From an uncultured Fibrobacterota bacterium (GTDB lineage Bacteria > Fibrobacterota > Chitinivibrionia > Chitinivibrionales > FEN-1185): a stretch of DNA of 64,000 bases. The position numbers were made by a program, and so were the translations under genes. The notes under the pieces were generated by a model. It searched no databases and had not been told where the DNA came from. It was given only the letters and a program-made list of their open reading frames with translations. Each line of letters starts with the position of its first letter. Position 1 is the stretch's first letter. Shown here in pieces: positions 39,722 to 49,981 of this stretch. The DNA lies in NCBI GenBank assembly GCA_963753345.1, contig CAVWBU010000016.1, positions 1 to 64,000 of the forward strand. The letters are read 5' to 3'.

Positions 39722-42700
39722 ATGAGTAACCTCATCCTTCGCACATCCCTTTGTCTTACGGCTGAGGCGCTTTGGCTCCTGCTTGCAGGATGCACTCCGC
39801 ACACCAACTCCCCTGACCAGGCTGGCTATTTCACCGTCCTCGTCACCGTCGTCGGCAGCGGCAAGGTCACGAGTTCCGGGCAATTGACGCACGTCAAGGG
39901 AGGCTCCGCCGTGGTGATGACCGCCGTCCCGGATTCGGGGGCCACGTTCGCCTGCTGGAACGGCGATCTTAGGTCCACGGCGAATCCGCTTTCCGTTACG
40001 GTTTCCAAGAATCTGTCCCTCACCTGTGAATTCGGAAAACGCCCCGCATCAATGGTCAAAATTCTCTCCTCGGGCCAAACGTTCGTCATGGGCTCGGCGG
40101 GCGCCCTTTCGTCCCCCTGCGAACGGCCGCCGCATCCGGTAATGTTCACCTACGATTACTTTATTGACGCATGCGAAGTGACTCAGGGCGAGTACAGTCG
40201 CATCATGGGCGTTAACCCCGCGTCGGCCAACGCCACCATGGGAACGGCGGGAATCGGCGACAGTTTTCCCGTGTACTATGTCCGCTGGTACGACGCAGTC
40301 CTTTTCTGCAACGCAAAAAGCAAGCTGTACGGTTTCGATACCGTGTACAGCTATACCGCGGTGTGCAACACCGGACAGATCTGTCCCTACGTTCTGGAAA
40401 ACCTCGCTGCGCACTACGACAGGCTCGGATACCGCCTGCCGACGGAAGCGGAATGGGAATATGCCTGCCGGGCCGGATCGACAACGGAATATTTCTGGGG
40501 CGCGGACACGACGCAGGCCGCTTCCTATGCATGGTATGGTGCGGCCCAGAGCCAGCCCGTTGGGCAGAAAAAGCCGAACGCATTCGGGCTTTACGACATG
40601 GCCGGTAATGTGGCCGAATGGGTGAACGACTGGCTCGGCGCGTACTCCGATTCCCTGAATGTAAACCCTATCGGCCCGACCGGCCTGCCCCTGGAAAAAT
40701 ACGAAGACAGTTTGGACCGGCCGATACGCGGCGGCTGCTATTCGCTCGGGACATCGTTCCTTCGGTCGGCCGATCGTACCGGCCCTTACGCCGTGACGGC
40801 GGCGACGCTCAACAAATACACCGGCTTCCGTACTGCGATGGGAGCGTTTTTCCCAGACACCTCATCAAAGCCCTCTTCCCAACCTCAGGAATCATTGTCG
40901 GTGACCATCGACGCGCAGAAATCGGACATCCTTTCCTTCATTGGTACGTGGCGCATCAAGCTGGTCTTTACCGTTGTTTCCGCAAACGGCACGGGGCGGT
41001 TGTGCTACGTCGACTATACTGACCCGAACCTTACCATCCGCCAGCTGCCCGATTCAACTTCCGTCAACAGACCGACCATTTCTCCAAACGGCGTCTACGT
41101 CGCCTACAGTTCCAAGCGCGAAGGATTCACGGGGCAATCCACTATTACGGTGCGCCCGCTCGATTACACCTCGAATGCAAAATTCCGCACACCGGTTTCC
41201 CAACCGGCGTTTCTTCCCCGGTGGTTTATCGATCCCGCCGCTCTCGACACGTTTCTCGTCTATGTGAACAGCGCGTCCATGAACGATCTTTCCGCCTGGC
41301 AAAGCGAGCAGACCCTGCGCCAGAAGGTAAGCGGGTTGTCTTTCTCGGGACAACCCGAAATCCTCACTTCGCAGGGATCGTTCCACGGCGGGCTCTCGCG
41401 CGACGGCGAGTTTCTCGCCACGGGATACCCGCGCGCCCTCGTGAATGACCTCAAGGGGAATCGCGTGATCCGGTATTTTCTCCCGCCGTACAACGGGTTC
41501 ACCGACCTGACCGACACGGTTCAGGTGTGCAATGTCACCATCAGCCCCAGCCTTGCAAAACCCGACGAAATCATGTTTCTTGATTTCGGCGACCCGTCAA
41601 CGAATACGATTGTCGGAAAATCCTACGGCTTTCATTCAGTCATTTTCATCGCCAACTCAAACACTCAGGCGTATCATCACGTGACCAACTGGTTCGCAGT
41701 GCCCTCGGGTTTTTCATCCTGGGATGACGTTGCCTGGTCCAACCATCCGAATTTCGCGGCCGCCGTTGGAAATTCAAGTTCGTCGGGGAGCTTCGGGTCG
41801 GTGTTCCTCATCAACATTGCGTCCTCGGCCTACCTTCAGGTGCTCTCGGGCCAGGGACTCGCCGACCCGATGCTGTGGATCGACCCGCACGACCTCAGCG
41901 AAGCGCCGGACCCCTACGTCGATTTCGGGATGTACAACATTCCTTCATACGGCATCGCGCAACTCTACCTGGGAGAAGAGCTCTCGTATTTCTGGTCGCA
42001 CAGCAGAGGTCTGGCATGCTGCTTCGTTGGGAGTTCGCATGTAATGATGGATGTCGACCCTTCACGTCTTGTTCATACGCCGGCATCGATTATCGGCGTG
42101 CCGGGGCTCGAGGTGGTGACCGGACGCAACTTGACAAGAAACTATCTTCTTCCGCAGGCGCCCAATCTCAAGGTGATCGGCATGAGTCTTGATCCGGGAT
42201 GGATACCTCTCGATTATTCGCTGCCCGACCCGCACGGCATCGGGTGGGTAAACAGCAGGGGCTACATTTTCGACAACAGCAACAATTTCTGGAAAAGCGG
42301 GGTCCCTGCCGGAGTGCAGACAAAGATTGGGCAGTTCAATTCGTCCACGTGGCCGGATTTCGATACCTCCTGTGCGCTGATCTGCCTTCCTGCGGGAACA
42401 GGATGGGGACCACCGCTCTATGACGGAGGCGACTTTGCGTTCACCGACACGTCGGTTCAGACATACTTGTCTCTGATCAAGACACTTACCGACTCGCTGG
42501 CAACGCTGGGCATTCATTTCCTTCTTGTTAAGTTTCCGGAAAACCCCGCCTACGTCACCACGGGCTATGTCAGCAGATACGGACCTAACTACAATACCTA
42601 CGACCAGATTGCGGCCTGGTTTCGCAGCCTGGAACTTCAAAATCAGTTCTTCCATTTCTATGACGCAAACATGGACGGCGCGCACGACTATACCGACGCC

Positions 42701-42790
42701 GAGGCGCACGATTGCAACCATTTGAATGCGCTGGGAAGAGCAAAAATGAGCACGCGGTTGGACAGCGTTATAGCAACATTTGTGCAGTAG
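39722..42790 (+). CDS. TIGR02171-like Fibrobacterota lipoprotein: bacterial repeat, FGE-sulfatase domain, TolB-like region, SGNH-like C-terminus
   Basis: Lipobox LLLAGC, YRLPTEAEWEYACRAG, PNAFGLYDMAGNVAEW, PTISPNG, WSNHP, GSSH...DCNHLN. Confidence 0.8.
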   Translation: MSNLILRTSLCLTAEALWLLLAGCTPHTNSPDQAGYFTVLVTVVGSGKVTSSGQLTHVKGGSAVVMTAVPDSGATFACWNGDLRSTANPLSVTVSKNLSLTCEFGKRPASMVKILSSGQTFVMGSAGALSSPCERPPHPVMFTYDYFIDACEVTQGEYSRIMGVNPASANATMGTAGIGDSFPVYYVRWYDAVLFCNAKSKLYGFDTVYSYTAVCNTGQICPYVLENLAAHYDRLGYRLPTEAEWEYACRAGSTTEYFWGADTTQAASYAWYGAAQSQPVGQKKPNAFGLYDMAGNVAEWVNDWLGAYSDSLNVNPIGPTGLPLEKYEDSLDRPIRGGCYSLGTSFLRSADRTGPYAVTAATLNKYTGFRTAMGAFFPDTSSKPSSQPQESLSVTIDAQKSDILSFIGTWRIKLVFTVVSANGTGRLCYVDYTDPNLTIRQLPDSTSVNRPTISPNGVYVAYSSKREGFTGQSTITVRPLDYTSNAKFRTPVSQPAFLPRWFIDPAALDTFLVYVNSASMNDLSAWQSEQTLRQKVSGLSFSGQPEILTSQGSFHGGLSRDGEFLATGYPRALVNDLKGNRVIRYFLPPYNGFTDLTDTVQVCNVTISPSLAKPDEIMFLDFGDPSTNTIVGKSYGFHSVIFIANSNTQAYHHVTNWFAVPSGFSSWDDVAWSNHPNFAAAVGNSSSSGSFGSVFLINIASSAYLQVLSGQGLADPMLWIDPHDLSEAPDPYVDFGMYNIPSYGIAQLYLGEELSYFWSHSRGLACCFVGSSHVMMDVDPSRLVHTPASIIGVPGLEVVTGRNLTRNYLLPQAPNLKVIGMSLDPGWIPLDYSLPDPHGIGWVNSRGYIFDNSNNFWKSGVPAGVQTKIGQFNSSTWPDFDTSCALICLPAGTGWGPPLYDGGDFAFTDTSVQTYLSLIKTLTDSLATLGIHFLLVKFPENPAYVTTGYVSRYGPNYNTYDQIAAWFRSLELQNQFFHFYDANMDGAHDYTDAEAHDCNHLNALGRAKMSTRLDSVIATFVQ

Positions 42791-42829
42791 CATCAGGGAC
42801 AAGCGCGTTCGGCGAGGATTTGAGATCCG

Positions 42830-43681
42830 CTATCGCAGCGAGACGCGATATTTCCGGATCATTTTCTCGGGGTGGTAGGAGGACTTTGCACGTCGAAGTG
42901 ATTCAATACCAAGGTCCTGTTCAAAATTGAAGGACGTGTACCGCGAGGGCATCACCGTTGCAAACTGACTGTACATGAATTGATATATACCCGAAAATTT
43001 CCGCCTCCCCTTTGCAAAATGCAAGGCGAATGTCGTATCGTTGATCTCTTCGCCTATCACAAACCCGACCGGTTCCGAATCGGCATAGTAGATTGCCCCG
43101 CACAGAACCAGATCATCATATAAAGCAATTGCTTCCCTGCATGCATCGTAGTCGGTCTCATTACGCAACGCGCCAGCCTCATCCTGCCATGCTTCAAGGA
43201 TCTGGCGTGCATGCGGAAGGCGTTCTGCGGTCAGAGGAAGCGCGTTCGAACCATAGCGTCTGAGAAATTGGTTCATCAGGTTCCTCTCGCCATGCAGTTT
43301 GTTTCCCGCATAGGTTGCCAGCTTTGCAATGTCGTGGATATAGTCGCTGTCGGAGTCGCTGTAAGAGATCACGTACTCCCGCAAGTCAAAAACCGTAAGC
43401 CATTCTTCGAGAACCGGGAACATCATGCCGTAGTTTTCAATGGCCTTCTTGAGCGTTGACGCGGGAATATGCCGGACGTCGCGAAGTGGCATCACATACT
43501 TCGTTTTATCCCGCATCGTCCCGCAGACAAACAGTTCGTCGCCAGTCACGACCTCATAGTCGTGCTCCCTTCGAAACAAGTACAGGTTTGCAAAACTGTG
43601 CTCGGAAACCTGAGAACCAAGGGCTCGAAGGGGGGTGAACAGAATCTTTCGGTGGTCAAGGGTTAGCGGTGTCTCGTCCAT
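42830..43681 (-). CDS. DUF2156 / phosphatidylglycerol lysyltransferase-domain protein
   Basis: SFANLYLF, DYI....L.TYAG.K.H, LHFAKG, G.YQ, NFEQDLG..SLRRAKSSYHP. Confidence 0.9.
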   Translation of the reverse strand: MDETPLTLDHRKILFTPLRALGSQVSEHSFANLYLFRREHDYEVVTGDELFVCGTMRDKTKYVMPLRDVRHIPASTLKKAIENYGMMFPVLEEWLTVFDLREYVISYSDSDSDYIHDIAKLATYAGNKLHGERNLMNQFLRRYGSNALPLTAERLPHARQILEAWQDEAGALRNETDYDACREAIALYDDLVLCGAIYYADSEPVGFVIGEEINDTTFALHFAKGRRKFSGIYQFMYSQFATVMPSRYTSFNFEQDLGIESLRRAKSSYHPEKMIRKYRVSLR

Positions 43682-43928
43682 GGTGAATTTGAAAATATAT
43701 GATCCGCCGACGCTTGAAAAAGGGAGCCGGGTTGTATCTTCTGATACTATTGACGAGGAATTTTCCACAGAAGAATGCATCGTCAACCTGCCCACTCGGC
43801 AAAAAGTCGCTCGAACGCTTTCTTCGGATTGGCCGGTCGTGAGATCGCAACCTTCCATTTTCTGCATTTGCTCGTGAAATTCGCCGCAATGCGTTGATCT
43901 ATCGGGCCGCGGTTGGGAAACATTTCTT

Positions 43929-43943
43929 TGGCACACAAGTTGT
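43929..43943 (+). promoter_or_regulatory. Possible sigma-54 (-24/-12) promoter
   Basis: TGGCAC-ACAAG-TTGT versus consensus TGGCAC-N5-TTGC. The conserved -12 C is mismatched. Confidence 0.3.
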
Positions 43944-44045
43944 TGTAAAAAGAAATTGAACACACAACCCGGGGAACAAGCTTGAGTGTGTTCGTACCTG
44001 ATACACTGTTTTCTTTACAACCATCAAAACCAAAGGAGTAGTCAC

Positions 44046-44564
44046 ATGAGTTCCGCTATCTTCACAAACGGTACCAATGCATATCAGGTTGCCAGGATCA
44101 TCTATGCAGGTTCGGTTGCCGAAATACCCGAGAACCGGCGCCAGAACGGAAGCACGCATTCATTCAAGATCACCACGGGCATCGGCTCGGTCTTTTGCTA
44201 CTACAAAGACGAAGACTCGGCAAAGAAATCCCGTGGTGCATTGGCTGGAATGCTTGATGCGGTAAGGTCCAACGCGTTCAAACACGGGTTTGAATACCTG
44301 GACCCTTCACGCGTCATTTCTTTCAGCAGCGTTTTCCAGTTCAAGAAACCGCAGGGCGTGTACACCCACGGTTTTGTCGTGACGCTGGAGACGGCAAACG
44401 AAAAAAGCCAGGAGGTGTGGTTTAGGTACAAATCGGAAGACAATGCTCAGAAAGCCAGAAAGGCCCTGTGGGCGACTCTGCACAATGTAAACGGCCAGCA
44501 TGCCGCCCCTGCGGAAAAAGCACCCGCGGCGGAGCAGGCAGTTTCCACCGGTTTGCCATTCTAG
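44046..44564 (+). CDS. Hypothetical protein with internal duplication
   Basis: AAGGAG RBS. Two units THSFKI...YYKDEDSAKKSRGAL and THGFVV...RYKSEDNAQKARKAL. Downstream terminator. Confidence 0.85.
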   Translation: MSSAIFTNGTNAYQVARIIYAGSVAEIPENRRQNGSTHSFKITTGIGSVFCYYKDEDSAKKSRGALAGMLDAVRSNAFKHGFEYLDPSRVISFSSVFQFKKPQGVYTHGFVVTLETANEKSQEVWFRYKSEDNAQKARKALWATLHNVNGQHAAPAEKAPAAEQAVSTGLPF

Positions 44565-44603
44565 TCTGACAACGACATCTCCGGGGTTCCCCGGCAAGAA
44601 AGA

Positions 44604-44640
44604 AATGCCGCCTTTCCATGGAAGGCGGCATTCTTGTTAT
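44604..44640 (+). terminator. Rho-independent terminator
   Basis: AATGCCGCCTT...AAGGCGGCATT followed by a T-rich tail. Confidence 0.7.
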
Positions 44641-44771
44641 GTGTTACTTTCTCGCTCTGTTGACCAATACTGCCTGCCGTTTTCCCGCTTGAGGGCCTAG
44701 ACGCGCCTGCCGAATCTCTGCAAATTCGAAAAAGTAAGTAGTGGCTCGGGGCGCAATAGAAATTATATACT

Positions 44772-47430
44772 ATGTCCATGCCAGAAAGACAACACGCAAT
44801 CCGGCTGTACCCCTGGTACGTCCATGCAGTCTTGGGTTTTCTCCTGAGCCCGCTTGTTCCATGGATTCTTGTGATTCATGCACTGTGGATGTCGTCGAAG
44901 CGGAAGACCGCCGTTACTGCAGCAGGCCTCAACATACTGGCAGGTTCTTTGGTTTTTTTCCTCTGCCAGTTATGCAGCTTTGAATGGTGGATATTCTTTT
45001 TAATGCTTGCAGCCGTGAACCTCGGGTGGTCCATTCTTGCGGGAGCATACCAGCATGTCTATCTGGGCTCTGCCGCCCCATTCCTCGGGCGCGCATCTTA
45101 ACCGTCACTTGGCCGGTCATGCTCTGTTCTCAATTCTCTTCGCCTGCTGCGTCGGTTTTACCATCATGCTTTTTTCAATGCTCGTCAGCAGCACTGCAAT
45201 GAAACACGCTTTGGGACTGGACAGAACATCCATTCTCTGGGGCGCATTCCGCGGCGCTGTTTATGCGCTGCCTTTCGGTTTCCTCGCCGCCATCGGTCTG
45301 GCGGGAATCGGGGAAAAGCTGAAGCCTGCAGGGCTTGTCGCAGCAGTTGCAGGATTCGGTTTTTCCGCGGCAGGCATCTTCCTGGCAGGCATGGGCATCG
45401 GCGCAATGATTTCCGGGGATCTCTCCCCGGTACGGGGCGGGCTCGAAAGTATGATACCCCTTGGCAATGCCTCGCCAATGCGATGGCTCCTCGATTCGGG
45501 GCCGGTGGAAATATGCGGCGCTTTTTCTGCGCTGGCTCTCTTCTTCTCCACTGTCCGGACATTCGGAGGCTTTTTCCTTCGGCTGGGGATCATACTTGCG
45601 AGCCTGCTCTGGGTGCTTCCCGAATTGCCCGGCGACTGTTCCTTTGCCCCCAATTATCAGAAACGCATTCTTTCCGACTTGTCAAATCCGAGCGGGAACA
45701 TTCGCGCCCGCGCCAACCGCGAGCTCACCCGTTTTCTTTCGTTGTATCCGGCGCATGTCGCGTGGCCGGTTCTGGCGTTGCGCAACGCGGATTACTGGTA
45801 CGAGAACGGCCATCCCGATAAGGCACGGCGTTTGTGGAACCTTGTCGTTTCAAAAGGGGCCGCTTCGGCGCGGGACGCAAGGCCCGTCGCTCTCGCGCGC
45901 GAATCGCTTGCCCGCCTTGCCTCCGGCGGCAGCGGCGATTCCGCGACAATTCGCCTGCCGCTCATCGACTACGAATCCTACCTCGACGAAACGTGGATGG
46001 CATTCCTCACCGTCATCAACTACTGGGAATATGCCTCGGTCAACGACGCACGAATCAAGATGCGGCTAAAACCATTTTCGGAGAAATCAGGGTCCTTGTC
46101 ACTTGCGAAAATGCCGTCCGCATTTATCCTTGACGATATTGCACGCTCATGGGGATACAGGGTAGCCTACGCTCCCGCCTCTTCGAGCGTGATGAAATCA
46201 TTCATCCGGTCGAAAATCCCCGTCATCTACCCTGTTTTCGTGTCTCCGTCGGTGTGTTGCGGGTTCAACGAACGCAGCGGACGGCTCAATACGTATTGGT
46301 TTTCCCGGTTGTCCATGAAGACCCGCGCAAAGGAACCTTCCGCTCGCGACATCCTTCCTTCGAAGCTGCCTAGCGAAAAACCATCCGACCGTCTGGTGAG
46401 AATGGCTTTGGAGTGCCGCTTTGACCGCAGCCTTTCTCAGCTGGATTCCCTTGATGCCGTCAGCGCAGAGCCGGTGCTGATGGTGATCTATCCGGACTCC
46501 TTACACACGGCCGTTTCCCGCTGCACGGGAATCGCCCCCGCAAAACTGGATTCTTTATCTGATGGCTGGCGGAGTATACTTATGGGGCTCGACTACGTCG
46601 ACCGCAAAAACCCCGCCGAAGCTCTCTTGAGATTTGAACGCGCCCGCTTGCTGGGTGTTTCACCCTTTGCCGCGTTGGCGGAACACCTTGCTTTCTACCA
46701 GTGGAAACAGCAGCGCGCAGCCGCGCCGCTCGGTTCCCTTCCGCTGGCCGCGAACCTCGCACCGCTTGCACGGTACGACGGAGCATTTACCTCAAAAACC
46801 GGAAGGCACCGCCTTGATTCATGCGGACTGCTGTTTGAAAATGCTTGCCGCTCGGAGTATCTGCCCGCCGCCATAAGCCTTCGGTATCTCGACCTTGTTC
46901 CGCTCAGCTCGGCATCCGAGCGCCGCAAAGGGATCGCGCTTGCTTTCCGCGAACTTCGTCTTCACCCTGAAAGCGGCGTTCGCTGGCATTGGCTGTGCGA
47001 CGCCGCCGCCTGGGAGGGAAGCGCTTCCCTCCAGACGTCGGCATGCAGCGCCTATGTGGACCTCAATCCCTACCTGTTCAGGCCCAGGCTCATTCTCGCC
47101 AGACTGCTCGTTGAACAGGGCAGGTTCGACGTTGCTTCCAGAGTTCTTTCCGCCATTCAGGGCGACTCGGTGGTGACGGAACCGGACTATTTCTATTGTC
47201 TGGGCGCGCAGGCGGAACATGATGGCAGGTTTGCAGAAGCGGAGCGCTGCTATAAGACATGCTGCTCGATCCGCCGGTACGATGCGGCATACTTCAACGC
47301 AGATGCCCGGGTTCTGGTCAAACTCCGGAAACGGTCCGAAGCGGCAAAGGCGCAGGCATGGGCGGCGGCCATCAGTGTTTCCCCTGTGTCAACTCATGAT
47401 TGGATGCACGATGAACACCCGGGAAAATAG
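44772..47430 (+). CDS. Multi-TM + TPR protein with degenerate C39-like domain; +1 frameshift at ~45075
   Basis: ORFs 44772-45101 and 45037-47430 are in adjacent frames. TM region, TPR, LPLID...NYW...IPVI....GFN matching the layout of the downstream paralogue, C-terminal TPRs. Confidence 0.7.
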
Positions 47431-49981
47431 CGGCCTGTTTCATCCGGGCTGGATCATTCCCATCTCGCTGCTTTCGGGAGCCGCGTGCGGCGGCGGCTGC
47501 GCGCTCTTCTTCCTTTTGCGGTGTTCCCATAAAGCAAGAGGTTGGCTCGTCGCAACCGTGTCGCTGCTTGGGGAAGCGGCGGTTCTGTGCTGGGCGCTTG
47601 TGTGGCCCGTCAAATGGTATTGGATCACGCTGAGCGTGTTCGCAGCCCATGCCCTTGCGGGCGTGCTGCTGTATGCCGCAGTGCGGTCATGGTGCGGGCC
47701 CGCGGCAAACGCGCTCAGGATGCACCCTTTTGCCAAGCTAGGCCTGCGAAAAGAAGTCGCGTCGGCGATTGGCGGCGCCGTGGGCGTGCTGTGCGTCGCA
47801 CCGAGCCTTGCAGCCGCGTACATGCTCCTTTCGAACCATCTGTTTTCGGCGCTCCTTCCGGTGGGAATCGACAATGCCGATACGCTTTCGTGGACGCTCT
47901 TTCTTACGGCCTGCGCCGTGATCGGCGGATCGGTGGGCGGCATAGTCTTTGTCCGGGTGAGGCCGGACGTGTCCCTGCGTTCAATGTTCGGCGCCATCCT
48001 CGCCTACCTTTTTTCCTTTTTCACGTTCTGGTTTTGGCTCGAACTGTTCATGGCGATTCCTTCGTTTCAGGCAGCGTCGTGCCAGGGCCGCGAATTCTCC
48101 TCCGTCCTGTGGCCGGTGACCGTCCTCCAGTTCACCGTGGGATCGTGGTGGTCGGTTGCAGTCGCTGTTTACCTGTGCGCCCCCAGGCGCCCGGCCGATA
48201 AAGCGCTCCGCTGGGCGCAGGTCTTTGTTCTGCACATGTCAACAATACTTGTCATGAGCCTTTCATGGGGATATTCGGCGGACCTCTTTCTCGCGGCCGG
48301 AAAGTACCTCGAACGCCACGCACGGGTGAGCCAGGCGCTGGCCTGCTATGAACGGGGACTCACCAAGAAACCGGAAAAGGAAACCGCATGCTGGCTGCAG
48401 TACCGCGTCGCTCTGCTGTACCGGAAGCAGGGAAATATCGACAGGGCGCAGGAGGGCTTCAGACGGGTCGTGGCAACCTACAACGCCGACGATGAACTTG
48501 TCAAGCAGGCCGGGTACTTTCTCAAGCGCCTTGACGACTTCGGCAACCTGCCCCGCGTGGTGCTGCCCGGCGTGGAGACGCGCACGGTGTACCGCGGCAG
48601 CTATTGCGTGCCGAACTCGATGGCGCTCGTGATGCGGTACTGGGGGCGCCGCATTGACGCGGCGAGAATCGGTGCCGCCATCACGGGGCTCAGCACCGGC
48701 ACCTACGCGGTGGACCAAGCCTGGTTCGCTCACGATTGCGGAATGAGACACGATTTTCTGACGCTCGCAACCCTCGGCGACATCAAACGGTGCATCGACG
48801 CCGGCTTTCCCGTCCTCGTGTACGTTCCCGCGCACGCGCTCGTCCTCTTCGGCTACGACGAGGCGCTTTCGACATTTGTCACATACGACGTGGCGACAAA
48901 CGACATCTGGACCGACTACATCCAGCGCGACTTCGTGCGGGCCTGGAAACGGCAGGCGGCGACGCTGGTGCTCGTTTACCCGCCGGAAAAGGCGCGTCTG
49001 TTGCCGGCCGACATCCGTGAACGCTGCAGGAAATCCACAACCGAATACCTCCACTATCAAATCCAATTCTTCGACACGCTTCGGCCGCCGCAGATGATTG
49101 AACACCTGAAACTGGCGGCGGGGAACAAGGGCGAATTCTTTCTGCCCGCCGCCACCCTCTACATGGACTATCCGGGGCTGCGTGACTCGGTGGCCGCGTG
49201 GTTTGATTCCGCGGTCGTGGCCGATAACATCGTGCGGTTTTTCGGCCGTGATTACGACGAGGGAGTCCATCTGTGGGGCCACATTCACTACGAAGAGTGG
49301 GCGCTGCCGGACTGGGACCTGCGCTACGGCATACGGTATTGCCTCGCCCACGGAATGTACGCACGTGCGGAAAGCCTCGTCACTGCCATTGAAAACAAGG
49401 GAACCGTGAGCGATCTTATGATCGCCTCAGCCGCTCTTTCGGAGCTGGCGCGCGGGAACCTCAGGCGCGGGGTCGCCATTCTTGACAGATGCAATATACC
49501 GGATTACGACCTGTATTACGGGCTGGCCTGCGAAAAACTCGGGAAGATAACCGAGGCCGTCAAATCCCTGCGGTTCGTGGTGCAGCAGTCGTTCGGAGGC
49601 CGCTTTTACAAAGGCGAAGACGAGGAATACGAAGGGGACTATGCCGACGAGAGGACCTCGAAAGCAATCGACGAAATGGGGTACCCCGCCGTGTTCATCG
49701 CCAACGAGAGGCTGTGTTCGCTTGCGAAGCGCGAGGACGTTTCCGAAGGGCTCGTCAAGGCCTGGGAAGCATGGAGCCGCGCAATGCCGGGCGACACGCA
49801 GGTTGCGGAAAGCCTCATTCGCGCCTACGACCGGCGCATCGCCAATCTCGCAAAGACCGACGAACCGTACGTGTATGCCAACCTTGTGGAGAAACGGGAC
49901 GTTATGCGGGGCCGCCTGGAACGGAACCGAATCAGGGTCACCGGGGCGAAGGCTTTGCAGAAGCGTCCCGGCGCCCGTTAG
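47411..49981 (+). CDS. Multi-TM + TPR + C39-like cysteine peptidase protein
   Basis: About 9 TM helices, TPR (ALACYERGL..QYRVALLY), YCVPNSMALVMRYWG, GFPVLV...HALVLFGYD...TYD (Cys-His-Asp). Confidence 0.82.
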   Translation: MNTRENSGLFHPGWIIPISLLSGAACGGGCALFFLLRCSHKARGWLVATVSLLGEAAVLCWALVWPVKWYWITLSVFAAHALAGVLLYAAVRSWCGPAANALRMHPFAKLGLRKEVASAIGGAVGVLCVAPSLAAAYMLLSNHLFSALLPVGIDNADTLSWTLFLTACAVIGGSVGGIVFVRVRPDVSLRSMFGAILAYLFSFFTFWFWLELFMAIPSFQAASCQGREFSSVLWPVTVLQFTVGSWWSVAVAVYLCAPRRPADKALRWAQVFVLHMSTILVMSLSWGYSADLFLAAGKYLERHARVSQALACYERGLTKKPEKETACWLQYRVALLYRKQGNIDRAQEGFRRVVATYNADDELVKQAGYFLKRLDDFGNLPRVVLPGVETRTVYRGSYCVPNSMALVMRYWGRRIDAARIGAAITGLSTGTYAVDQAWFAHDCGMRHDFLTLATLGDIKRCIDAGFPVLVYVPAHALVLFGYDEALSTFVTYDVATNDIWTDYIQRDFVRAWKRQAATLVLVYPPEKARLLPADIRERCRKSTTEYLHYQIQFFDTLRPPQMIEHLKLAAGNKGEFFLPAATLYMDYPGLRDSVAAWFDSAVVADNIVRFFGRDYDEGVHLWGHIHYEEWALPDWDLRYGIRYCLAHGMYARAESLVTAIENKGTVSDLMIASAALSELARGNLRRGVAILDRCNIPDYDLYYGLACEKLGKITEAVKSLRFVVQQSFGGRFYKGEDEEYEGDYADERTSKAIDEMGYPAVFIANERLCSLAKREDVSEGLVKAWEAWSRAMPGDTQVAESLIRAYDRRIANLAKTDEPYVYANLVEKRDVMRGRLERNRIRVTGAKALQKRPGAR

